A stretch of 64,000 bases of DNA from Camelus ferus (taxonomy: Eukaryota): assembly GCF_009834535.1 (NCBI RefSeq), contig NC_045696.1, forward strand, positions 34,908,001-34,972,000. The letters run 5' to 3'. A model generated the notes under the pieces. That model did no database searches, was not told the DNA's origin, and saw only the letters and a program-made list of their open reading frames with translations. Shown here piece by piece: positions 53,268-64,000 of the stretch. Positions within the stretch are counted from its first letter, which is position 1, and each line of letters begins with the position of its first letter. The position numbers were made by a program, and so were the translations under genes.

Positions 53268-53380
53268 GTTTTTTTTTTTTTAATTGAAGTATAGTTGATT
53301 TACAGTGTTGTATTAGTTTCAGGTGTACAGCACATTGATTCAGCTATACATATATATTCTTTTTCGTATTCTTTATCATT
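53268..53380 (-). mobile_element. Extreme 3' tip of L1
   Basis: poly-T then 'aattgaagtatagttgatttacagtgttgtattagtttcaggtgtacagc'. Confidence 0.85.
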
Positions 53381-53849
53381 TCATAGACAAATTGTTTTCA
53401 TTAACAATAGTTAATTATTAAATGTAGATATTAACTTTGCCATTTTATTTAGGGTGACATATTTTGAATATTTAAGGAAATTATTACATTGTCTTTTTAA
53501 AGTGTGCTATCAAAGTAAGGATCAAAATTAATGTTAATTTCAATATTTGAACTCTTGAATAAATACTAGCTCAACAACTAAAATGTTATTTTGTCAACCT
53601 ATCCATATCTAAAATTTTTTTCAGTCTTCTCAAAGGTGGACATTTTTAAGACCTATTCATTTGAAAATATTTATTGGCACTATAAAATGAATATATTGCT
53701 CAGGGCAAGTCTACAGATGGACAAAAGCATGCCAAGGACCAAAAATGCTTCAAAGAGGGGATACATGAAAATCAGGAGATGAAGAAGTAGCTACATATGA
53801 GTCTGAAAAGAAGTGCCTCAAGAAACAGGAAGAAAACAAAGGAAAATAT

Positions 53850-53891
53850 TTTAAATTAAATTAGATTTAATTTAAATTAAATTAGATTTAA
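53850..53891. repeat. Perfect 21-bp tandem duplication
   Basis: tttaaattaaattagatttaa at 53850-53870 and 53871-53891. Confidence 0.9.
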
Positions 53892-53899
53892 GCCACAAA

Positions 53900-54200
53900 A
53901 ATAAAAAATAGTTACCCTTTCTATATGTTCAGGAAACTTAAAAAGTATCCTCATAACTAACTTTTGAGATAAAGAGAAAATAAGATTAAAAATAATGTAT
54001 ATTTACCACAAAATGTCAATGAATACATCAGTTATACTAGCCTGCGGGATGCATCAGAAGGCAGCATTCTGAGGGAAAAAGATAGCTTTAAAGTGCAAAA
54101 AGGATGACTGAAAATACATATTCTATGTGTTAGGAATAAGTATAACAAATTTAACTCAAAAAAGAAATAATAAAGTTAAGAATAAAGTACATATTACAAA
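53900..54200 (+). mobile_element. Very old L1 ORF2 fragment
   Basis: 'cctgcgggatgcatcagaaggcagcattctgagggaaaaagatagcttta' resembles the L1 LWDAAKAVLRGKFIA region. Confidence 0.55.
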
Positions 54201-54379
54201 CAAACACATGGATATTCACTAAATATTGATATATTAAATATTGATGTATAGTTATTAATTTGATTTATAAGGCATAGTAAATGAAGAAAACATTTTATGA
54301 GTTTAATCAGTTACTTAAAAACAAAAAAAAAACAAAAAAAAAAAAAAAGAAAGCACCCAGGACATTATCATATCCTAGA

Positions 54380-55150
54380 AGCTGAAGAAAGTGACAGCAT
54401 CAGGGAAGAACAGTGCTTCCCAGATTGAAGTAAATTAAGGCTTAAGAAGTTTCCATTTGATTGTGAAACAAGAGAATCAGGTGAATTTTGAGACAACAGT
54501 TATAGGGAATTTGGAACGTTACAGGTAAGAATAAGGATGCCATGATTTGGGAATAAATAATATGTCAAGAATTAATGAGAGTCAGTAAGATAGAATATTC
54601 GACACCTTTTGCTATGAAAGAGAAGGGAGGGTGGAGGCCAGTGGAAAACATGAATGGAAGGAAGCTTTTTCATGTTTTATCAGTGAGGTTTGAAGATACA
54701 GGAGAAAGGATAGTTGATGGGGCAAGATCACGGAGCATGGAGAAGAAGGGGAATGAGCCGTAGAGATTCGATCATAACTGGAACAAAGGACGTTGGCAGG
54801 CACAGATGTAAGTAAGGTTGTAGGTTTGTGACTTCTTGTCTGATGACTTTGTTTTGAAGCAGAAATCAAAGTTATATGCTAAGAGAAGGTGATAAAGTTG
54901 GAATTTCAAGAAAATAGGGAGACTTGCGATAATCACACTGGAAAATGAGGATGTAAGCATATCTGAGAAAGGTCCTGGAGTGGCCAGGCATCCTTGAGTT
55001 TGGATATCATGTAGCTATAATGATCTTAATCTGAACAACTGTAAAGTTCTTTCCCATGTCTACCCAGCAAGCTAAGTGAGGTTGAATCTATCAAGGGTTG
55101 AGATTTTTCAGGCAGATTTGACAGACTGACAATGGGTGAAGGAAGTTGTG
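54380..55150 (-). mobile_element. Degraded L2 fragment
   Basis: GA-rich with L2-like 'ccatttgatt...aagagaatcaggtga.ttttgaga' and 'ttttgctatgaaagagaagg'. Confidence 0.5.
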
Positions 55151-57229
55151 GACATTGAAGGAAGAATAGCTAAAGTTGTGAATCCTGGAGGTCCAAACTG
55201 AACGAGAAGAAAGTGGCTCACCAAAGGGATTAATACCTGGCAGGGGAGGGGAAAGCCAGGAGAGCAAGTAGAAAAGTTAGAGGCTGGAAAGTCAAATGTA
55301 TCAACCTCCTGGCAGTAAATAATCCATGATGATTGTAGGATTTGGGGTGAGGAAATCTGGGAGCAAAGTGTAGAGAAGCTGATACCTAAAGGGGCCTGAC
55401 TAGCGGTCGAGTCAGCTAAAAGGAAGCAAAGGGCTTATATATAAGAAGGTAGGGGAATACGGAGCTCTCCATCTTGCTACAAAGAGGAAAGTGTGTTGAC
55501 ATCACTCTCATCCTGAGGGGAGAGGCATCTAGAGGACAAGCAGTTTGTACCTGAGAACACTTCCAAGTTAGTCTCCCTCTTACTTTTTCACATAGTACTG
55601 TGTGTGAACGTTTCCTCTATAGAAAATTTAACTAAGTTATTATTTGCCTTAATGGTACAATCAACATCCTCCTCATTCACTCTTCTCTAGGGCAGAACAC
55701 ATGAGGGTTTTTTTTTTTTCCACTGCAAAACTTCTAGAACTTAAGAGATCATCAAGCACGAAGTAGGTGCTTTGAATGACTGATTTGATTAATCAGCACA
55801 AAAAGGCCAAGTATTTAAATATATATAATTGTAAAAGCTCATCACTATGAAAACCCCAAGTAAATCCATTGTGAATTATTTTTTACTATACAAAAAATTT
55901 ATTTTGCATTTTTAACTAAAAAGATGTTGAGAAATGAAGAATTATTTCAGATTAAACACTGTTCCCTCACTCAAATGAAGCTAGTGCATTATTTGATAAC
56001 AATAAGGAACACTAGAATTGCCATTCTCACTGTATAGAATGAAATAACTTCTCTGTGGAGCTAAGGTTTGTGTTCACATATTATGTAATTGAAGAGATGT
56101 ATGTCACTATAACCTTACACCAGCAGGGTTTTTCCCAAACTCTGTAGAAACAGTGGTTCTTTCCAAGAGATAGTGGGTTGAACAGCATTTTATAGACTAT
56201 TCCAGAGGAGCTATATATAGCCTGTCGTTCCCAACAGAATAAAGAAAACTTGTTTAAAATGAAATTAAATGTGTCTTAAAGAGCTTCTTCTTGATAAATT
56301 GTTCAAGAGAAGCAGTTCTTATAAGATATTTAAACATGAGAAATTAGTCATATAAAGAAAAACCTGCAAAATGTTGTGCTTGTGTAATTCAGAATTATTT
56401 TTAATAAAGCCCTTTCACTGATGGAGTATTTCTTTCAACTAAAAACCATTAGAAAAAAATGAAAGTCTATTGGGAAAGGGACCATTTGGCTCACTAGAGG
56501 AGTAAACACTACAGGAGAAATCTATGTTAAAAAACTGGTTTCAAGCTAGGGGTGATTTTTTTTCCAAATCAGCAATACATGCAAAATGTAAAAACTGCAG
56601 TTTCAGGACAAAAATATAAGAATTCAAGAAATTTACAGCTAGATGAGACCTCAGGTGATTGAATCCATTGATTCCCGATGTTGGCAAGGGATTAGAGATA
56701 AAAACAAAAAGAATCCTCAGAAAAATCCCCTTCCTAAGCACTTACCAGACACAAAAGGATAGAAGAAAATCGGGTTTTCTATTTTTGTTTGCTTATTTAT
56801 TTCAGAAGAAAGTCTTGGAGAAGAGGTCAGTTTTACAACGATTTATCCCAGGCTTACGAGAAGAGGCTATCTCCAAAGTAAAGAGACTATATTATTGAAG
56901 GATAAAAATATTTTTAGGATGAACTTAAATGTTTTTTTAAAAATAATATTCATTGTTTCCTGGTTACAGCCTCATGTAGTTATTATAAAAGCTAGTAAAG
57001 TCAAGAGAACAAAGAAGGAATAATTCACAGTGATAATTTAATTCCATATGAAGATGACCAATTTACAACGAAAATCAGGATTTTCCATGACAGTCTCCTA
57101 ATACTAATATTGTGACGTGTACAGAACAGAGACAGGCAGAAGGCCACTCGTAACTTTAGGATGAGACAGTGAACATATGAAACATAAGAACATGGCTCAG
57201 CACAGGCATAAAAGCTGACAAATACTTAC

Positions 57230-57265
57230 CTGATTCTACTACAATTTCAGGTACTACAGAAGTAA
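57230..57265 (-). CDS. Candidate 36-nt symmetric (phase 1-1) coding exon, x-TSVVPEIVVES; gene not identified
   Basis: Minus strand: tattaatcccttccttggtatgttttcttaatttcag|TTACTTCTGTAGTACCTGAAATTGTAGTAGAATCAG|gtaagtatt; consensus donor, good acceptor; only the phase-1 frame is open; no repeat recognised here. Confidence 0.5.
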
Positions 57266-57679
57266 CTGAAATTAAGAAAACATACCAAGGAAGGGATTAA
57301 TAAAATATAAGCTGAATATATTACATACAAAGGAAAACAGAACTCAAACCAGTTTTCTTATTTCTTTTAAAGCTGAGATAAAATACTTAGAATTTAACGA
57401 TTTAATGGGCCAGAAAAAAAAAGGAGAAAATTCCAAATGCACAATAGTGTGATTGAGAAAATGCAACCACAGATGCAGAGGACATTAAAATGGTTAAATG
57501 AGATGGAGGAGACATCTTCTGCTTTTCTTCAGTCTCACATCTATTCTTCCAATATTTCTTTGACAAAATATCCATTACCCACATTTTATTCAGGAAGGGA
57601 CAATTTCCATCCCCAGCTCCAGCTTTTGACACATGACCTAAGAAAATAAAACATTTCAATCTACCCAAATTTCCACCAG

Positions 57680-57995
57680 AGTCCCCAAAACTGCTTTAGG
57701 AATTGAGCATGTGAATCAATTTAGGCCAATGGGAATCAGACTCAGGTTTTTATGGACATAGTTAGGAAATAGTGCTATTTTCTGCTGAATTTGAGCCAAG
57801 TGGATATAAATCTAGAATTGTCTACTGGACTGAAGGCGAAACCAACATAGATCATAATATAGTTGAGCCCCTGGATCTTAAGTTTTATACATCTTATACA
57901 CTACTCATGGACCACTCATGGCCTTGACAACCCAATGCACTGTTTTTTTTTTAAGCCCTAGGACAATTGAGTTTCCAGTTACTTTCAACCAAAGC
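57680..57995. mobile_element. Old MLT1-type LTR fragment
   Basis: 'gcatgtgaatcaatttaggccaatgggaatcag', 'ttgagcccctggatc', 'tttaagcc...ttgagtttccagttactttcaacc'. Confidence 0.6.
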
Positions 57996-58256
57996 AGCTC
58001 TGACGATTGTTTAGCTTTTATGCAAGTTTATGCCAATAACTTTTCAACTGTATATACAGAAAAAATAAATGATCAAAATAGATTTAAGGAAATACAAGAG
58101 ATTTTCTAAAATAATTTAAAAGATTCTTTTAAAAGATAATCGCATTTCCCATACATACACATCCTTTCCCATCAAACTTATCAGACTCAACTGGTTTATA
58201 ATTCGTTCTTTCTACTCTTTAAGGAATGGATCATTCTTGTGAATTAACTTGGGCTT

Positions 58257-58575
58257 GAGCAATGCCATTTAATATGGCAACCACTGGCCACATATAGCTA
58301 TTGAACACTTGAAATATGTTCTGAATTGAAATGGACTGTAAGTATAAAATACACTCTGAATTTTACAGACATAGCATGAAAAAAGGAATGTAATGTATTT
58401 TTAATAATTTTTATATTGCACATTGAATTGTTAGTATTTTGATGTATTATATTAAACAAAATATATTAAATTAATTTTACATGTTTCTACCTTTTAAGTA
58501 TGACAACTGAGAAAATTTGAAATCACATATGTGGCTCACATTTGAGTCTTGCATTACATTTATACTAGACAGTGT
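58257..58575. mobile_element. MER33/MER3-type hAT MITE
   Basis: 'aatatggcaaccactggcccacatatagctattgaacacttgaaat...gtaagtataaaatacac...aaatcacatatgtggctcacatt...tagacagtg'. Confidence 0.8.
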
Positions 58576-59132
58576 TTGCCTAGAGTATATAAAAAGGGAA
58601 AATCTTAATTTTAGTGAAATACATAGGACATTTTTCTTTATATGAGTGTTGATTGTGATTTTGCGAATGTAGCATCACTTTACTATATAGACCCTGATAA
58701 AGATTTAAAATAAACAAATAGAAATGCACTGCCTTTGTGAATATGGACTACTATCTTGTATATATTGGGCCTAGCAGAAGTTTGAAAATCTTGGCAAAAA
58801 TTGACTTATTATGGAAATAAATTTACTGACACATGTAGGTAGGATTTATTCTAGGCACAGCTTGATTCAAAAACAGAAATGTTTTTAAACCAGGTGCGTA
58901 TCTTGGCTGTTGGTTGGCCCTGTTCTCAGATTCTAATCAGTGGCCCCATTGGCTTCGGGCTCAGAGCATCATTACTCCAAGTTCAGTAGATGAGACTTCT
59001 CCTCTGGTAGATTCCCTGTAAGTCCTGGGAGTCATTTTCTGACACTGGCTTGAATTGGGTCATTTACATACTTTGTAGAGAAAAGTATAAGGTTGATTTT
59101 GTGTTCAAATATAAAATTTTTCATTATGACCT

Positions 59133-59590
59133 TGTGACAGAGACTGCTAGTTGTCCCCAAATGTCTACTCTAAGTTTCTTTCTTAATAATGGGACCCTGA
59201 TTTTTCCTAGACACAGTAAATAAACTCTATGTTTCCCAGAGATTCTTGCAGTTAGGTGAGTATAGGTGCTTAATTTTAGTCAAGACGATGTTGTGACTTC
59301 TGGCAAATATCCTTAACAGAACTGAGCATCCTTTTCCATCCTGTTTCCTTCTTTTTGGCTAAAACACATATGTGATGGCTGAGTTTAGCAGCCTCTTTTG
59401 ACCGTGAGGTGTAACCATATGTGGAAGATCACAAGAAAACGTTATCAAAGGAAACTGAAAATCTGAATTATAAAGCCTTCATGTTAGACTGGTTTGGGTT
59501 ATATCAGAGATACAAATTTCTAGCTTGTTTAAGCTTCTGTTATTTGGGGTTTTTACCACTCAAGACTGAACCTAATTTTTACTGATATAA
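59133..59590. mobile_element. Old MLT1 (I/J-like) LTR
   Basis: 'tgtgacagagactgctagttgtcccc...tttcccag..ttcttgcagttagg...cttgtttaagcttctgttatttggg...ctgaacctaat'. Confidence 0.7.
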
Positions 59591-62500
59591 TTCTAAACTA
59601 TTAATGTTGTGTATGATCCAGGTCATGAATTTTTGGTTGCTATTAACATTAAGGAACAATATAAATCAAATTTTGCTCACACTTATTTTTTGGCAAATAT
59701 TTGGTATGGTATTTCCCTTTATTTACTGTATATATTTTTATCCATCCTGTTTTTCTTTACATTAATATTTTGATTATAGTTAATGTTGAACATGTTTTTA
59801 AACTTCTAGTATTCAATAGTTTATTAAGATTGCTTAAATAGTATTAGGTGAGCTGTAATTATTCAGGTTTTTTTTAAACAGTTTATCGTTATGTAATTTA
59901 AGAAGTGTCAGCTTGATTATCAAACTTCACACATATTTTAGTTCTAGTGTTTATTATGAACATCTTTGTAGTTATTAAATTGATACCAAAATTCCTGTCT
60001 GGACATGAGGCCTCACTTCTCCTATGAAGATTCATACATATATAATCTTTCTCATCTTAGTGTTTTTGATAATATCATGGTTATCTATAAAAATGTGTAT
60101 GAAATAAAGATATGTGTATATATAAATAAAATTTTAAAATACAAAAATTTAAATTAATTTGAAGGATGGAGTAAATCCAACTATATCAAAATGAAATAAC
60201 TTTTTACCTTTCACTTAGAAAAGAACTCAGGGAAAACAACAGGATTAAAACAGTTGCTTGAGTAAGTCAGTGTTAAATAGGCTTAGAAAAATACTTTTTT
60301 TTTTTCAGGGAAAAAAGGGATAGTGAATCCTGGACAGTCAGAGGGAACAGCAGAGAAGAATCAACCTGAGTACATGGAGAGGAGACATGGTTAAATTGTC
60401 ATGCAGAGGCAGCATTGGCAGTAACATGAAATCCTGGTAAGGGGAACTCTTGAGTTGAGAATCACATTGAAGCAGAGGCGGGTCAGGAGGAGGCTACACC
60501 AGCCCACAGATAACTGAAAGGGTGGAAGGAGAGAATAGATTGCAGAGAGGTTAGAAGCTATTTAGCAGAGAATCTGGTAACAGTCTAGGGCTGTCTTCAT
60601 AGCAAGTGCAGAGTTAAAAACTCTGTCAATGTGATTTACTGAGGAGGGATGGGTCATTGCAATGAGAACTTTAAGAAGAAAAGAAGTACAAGAAAGAGGA
60701 ACAGTTTTGTTTTCTATCAAGTAGGTAATGAGATAGCCCCACATACCCTTAGTTAAATCAATTGGGGAAATTCAGAGGTGATAAACATTCTGGGGTGAAT
60801 ACATCAATTGAGAGCAATAGGGTATCATGAAATTGTAATGTTCTTAGAACTCTAGTCAAATGCTATGATTCTTCTGATCCTTGAAGATGGAACAAAACAT
60901 ACATTATGATGAAATGATTTCAAATCACTGAATAATTTCTACAGTTATTCTGAGTGACAGCCTAGCAAATAATAGTGAATACAGGCATTGCTTTTATACT
61001 TTCCTTTTTCTCTCGGAAGTGAGTTCTAATTTTAAGGTGTATTACATTGGGGATAAATACAGTTTCTTGGTACTACTGAAAAGTTTCAAACTATATATTC
61101 AGGAGGATTTGGTATGGAGTTATACAGAATTGGACTGAACCAAGTTGATAACAGCTTTCACACCAATCTCATGACAAGGACATAGGTTGGCATACTGTTC
61201 ACGAATAAGGCACAAAAACACAGTCTCTGCCAAGTGGCTTCCAGAATGTTTTCTATGCTCCAGCACTGTCAAAAAGGGAAAAGCCAATGCTTACTCACAG
61301 GAATATTATTTTGTTACACATATGAGTTCTGTTAGGTTTCCTGGTATGTTGAGGTATTAGGGATGTGTGCATTTTTTTCCAGGTGGTAGAGTTTGAGTTC
61401 ATTTCTGGCGTGGCCCAGGTGTTCTTCCTGCATGCCTGTGCACACACAGAAGGGGTCAATGAACCCAGGCATATATTAGAGTGGGAATACTTTTTGAATT
61501 ATTGCTTTGAATTATTTTTTCAAATGTTTTGTATTAGGAAGAATGTAAAATATGATTTTTAATACTTTTTTATTTTTATGCCCATGTGGATATTTTATGG
61601 CAAATTTAATTAGATTTATATTAGTATAATTTATATGTTATATTAAAAAAAAATATATATATATATATAGGTAGAGCTGTTTAGTAGTCGAAAAGCTTTT
61701 GGAACCTCTTTAATAAATAAAGGAAATAAAAACTAAGGAGAGTGTAGCTCCTTTTTCTAAGCAATTCAGATTTATGAAGGCCCAGCTTCTTTTTGCAGAT
61801 ATGCCACCCAGGCTTTGAGAAACTAAGCTCATTCCTTTTCTTACCTTCTTTGAAGAATAGGAACCAGAAAAGCCTCCATTGTATGTGAATATTGTTTTTA
61901 GATGGGTTGGGGAAGAGAATGAAATAATGGATTTAGTGAAGGATTCTATACGATTTTATTAAAAAGTAAGTAGCCCTTCATTAGTGCCCTAGGACCATAA
62001 AGCACTTTTACACACGTTACCACACTTGAATTCTCATGAAAATCAGTTTGAATTCCCCCCAAACTTATACCCTTGGTAAAACTAGTAAATATAGCAATTT
62101 GTGGTGTGAGTATTATTCCTGGCTTCCTTTTATGAATTAGTTTATATATTCTTTATTCTTTCCTCCCTGTAAATTGTGTTATCTTCTTTTAATGATGTAT
62201 TCTTAAAAATGTCCTTAATATTTTCCTGAATAAGTTGAGCTCCAATTAAACTAAAAAAAAAAAAAAAATGAAAGCAACAATGCTATTTTAGAATTTAAAG
62301 AAACCCACTGAAGTTTAAGTTGAGTCAGTCTACTTGTCTGTACAATAATATAACTAAGGCCTAATGTTGAATAGTTTTCCACCATAGTTTCTCCACAGTT
62401 CTTTGTTTTCTGTGTTTATCTTTGTCATCTTGTGCACAAATTAATGCAATCTTTACAGGTAGTTTAGAGGGTAAAAGTGGCTACAGGAAAACTTTCAATA

Positions 62501-63129
62501 ATAATGTTACCCAGTATTGAGAGGCCAGTGCCTCACGGGATTTTGCCATTACAGAACATGTTTGTGGCTATTTGGGGAAAACCGATCAAGACTTAAAAGC
62601 AACCACAACAAAATTAGTCTCCAGCCCCGTCCTGGTTCACTTTTTCTGCTTGTTGGTTCCAAGTCTCCACACTCCCACTGGATCACACTTTTCTTCCAAG
62701 AAGGCTCGCCCTTTTCTCCTGTTTATTCTCTTCCTAATGCCAGTTTCAAAAAAGGCTATGCCATCATTCACACATCTTTGGTTAAGCCTTAGTTAAAAAC
62801 TGTGGAATGAAGACTTTATAAAATATATTTAATTAATGATTCTAGGTAACAGTAAGCTCTCATGTTTTTAGGCTGAAGCCCTCTTCTGCTATCTCTGAAA
62901 TCATTTCACCTTTGCCTCTTTGTCTGGCAGCCTCAAAATTCAGCATCCTCTACATTTGTAGACACTCAGCTCCCTACACCAAAGGGGTAGCCCCCCACAC
63001 CCAGTCTCAGACTAACAACAACCTCAAAACATTGAGCCAGTTTCTAGAATACAGGCATCAGTAAGACACAGCTAGTTTTCAGTAGCTTCTTAAAATGCCA
63101 GTTTAGGAACTCATAGTCATAAGCAGTAG

Positions 63130-63255
63130 TAGGAGTGGTAGTTAACATTCTTTAGTGTTGTGTCAGGTATTATTTTAGAAGCCTTTTCTCATTTAATTAC
63201 TACAAAACTATGACTTAGTATTATACTGTCCCCAGTTTACAGAGAAGATAGTTGA
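63130..63255 (-). mobile_element. MIR fragment
   Basis: 'tgtgtcaggtattatt...tctcatttaatt...ctatga...tatactgtccccagtttacagagaag'. Confidence 0.55.
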
Positions 63256-64000
63256 TTTTAAATCATTTTCTTTGGAGAAATTTCGTTCTTTGTATTATAT
63301 CTGTATTTATATTTATTTCTTTATATAAGTACATGAATATAAATATATATGTAAGTAGACAGACTTCTACATATAAAAGTTTAACTGAAGAGTTTGTGTA
63401 TATCCTTCAAATTTGGTTCCATCAACTTTAGCAGAGCATCTTTGAGGAAAAAAAACTATATGCTTTCTTGCTGTTTCTATAGCTTACTTTACTCAAAAAT
63501 CGAGCTCCTTTTGAAACTTCTGAAAGAAGCTGACAAACCAAATGTCGCGAATCTTTAAATGGCTGTATTGTGTTCAAATATTTATGGGATGGCAGAAGAA
63601 GTTCCAAGAAAGCAAGAAGCAGGAACTCAAGCAACAATTGGAGATTTTAGTTTCTGAGGGATGTGAAGGTTCTGAAAGTCAGTAACTGGGTTCCCTGTCA
63701 TTTACGAATGCCCAGGAGACCATAGAGAAGATGTGAAGTTAAAAGAGACAGCAATCAAAGGGAAGCAGGCAAGCGGATGTTGGAAAGGCTTACGGAAGTT
63801 TAAGGTGCATTACAGGAACCAGCACATGACCAGGCTGTAGGCTACTGAGAAGGACAGAACAGGATTACTGATAAATTCTATCCAATTAGGAACTGACAGC
63901 ACATTTTGTAATTTTAATTCTTCCCTGATAGTCTCCGAAAATGTGTCGTTTAGCTTCATAAAGAAAGAAGTGTTTATGGAAGGAAGAGCAGAAATAGGGA

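Noticed and set aside
56746..56813. 68-nt minus-strand exon candidate with donor CTG|gtaagt
   Set aside because: Only the phase-2 frame is open, which does not fit the adjacent phase-1 exon; no other support
1..64000. CRISPR arrays, operons, tRNA/rRNA genes, numts, non-retroviral viral insertions, CpG island
   Set aside because: None seen by eye: no repeat-spacer arrays, long ORFs or recognisable RNA genes. Very diverged viral fossils would need TBLASTN to exclude

Overview
AT-rich, CpG-poor placental mammal genomic DNA, intronic or intergenic in character. A large share is decayed interspersed repeats: L1, L2, MIR, MaLR/ERVL/ERV1 LTRs, an ERVL pol remnant, and hAT and Tigger DNA transposons. 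The youngest L1 3' ends look cetartiodactyl, one camelid-like, and I saw no Alu, B1/B2, Bov-A, PRE1 or Can-SINE copies; the taxon call is inference from recalled repeat sequences. None of the listed ORFs looks like a real gene. The best non-repeat signals are small minus-strand exon candidates: a symmetric 36-nt exon at 57230-57265, a 15-nt microexon at 14949-14963 with splicing-regulator motifs, and an acceptor behind a long pyrimidine tract at 15507. These suggest the window may lie inside a large minus-strand gene that I cannot name. Other points of note are a three-layer nested insertion (L1 > full-length MaLR > Tigger4), an inverted L1 with a large internal gap, and a palindromic D-box cluster. 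I found no convincing novel biological system. Repeat family names are assigned by eye and many boundaries are approximate.
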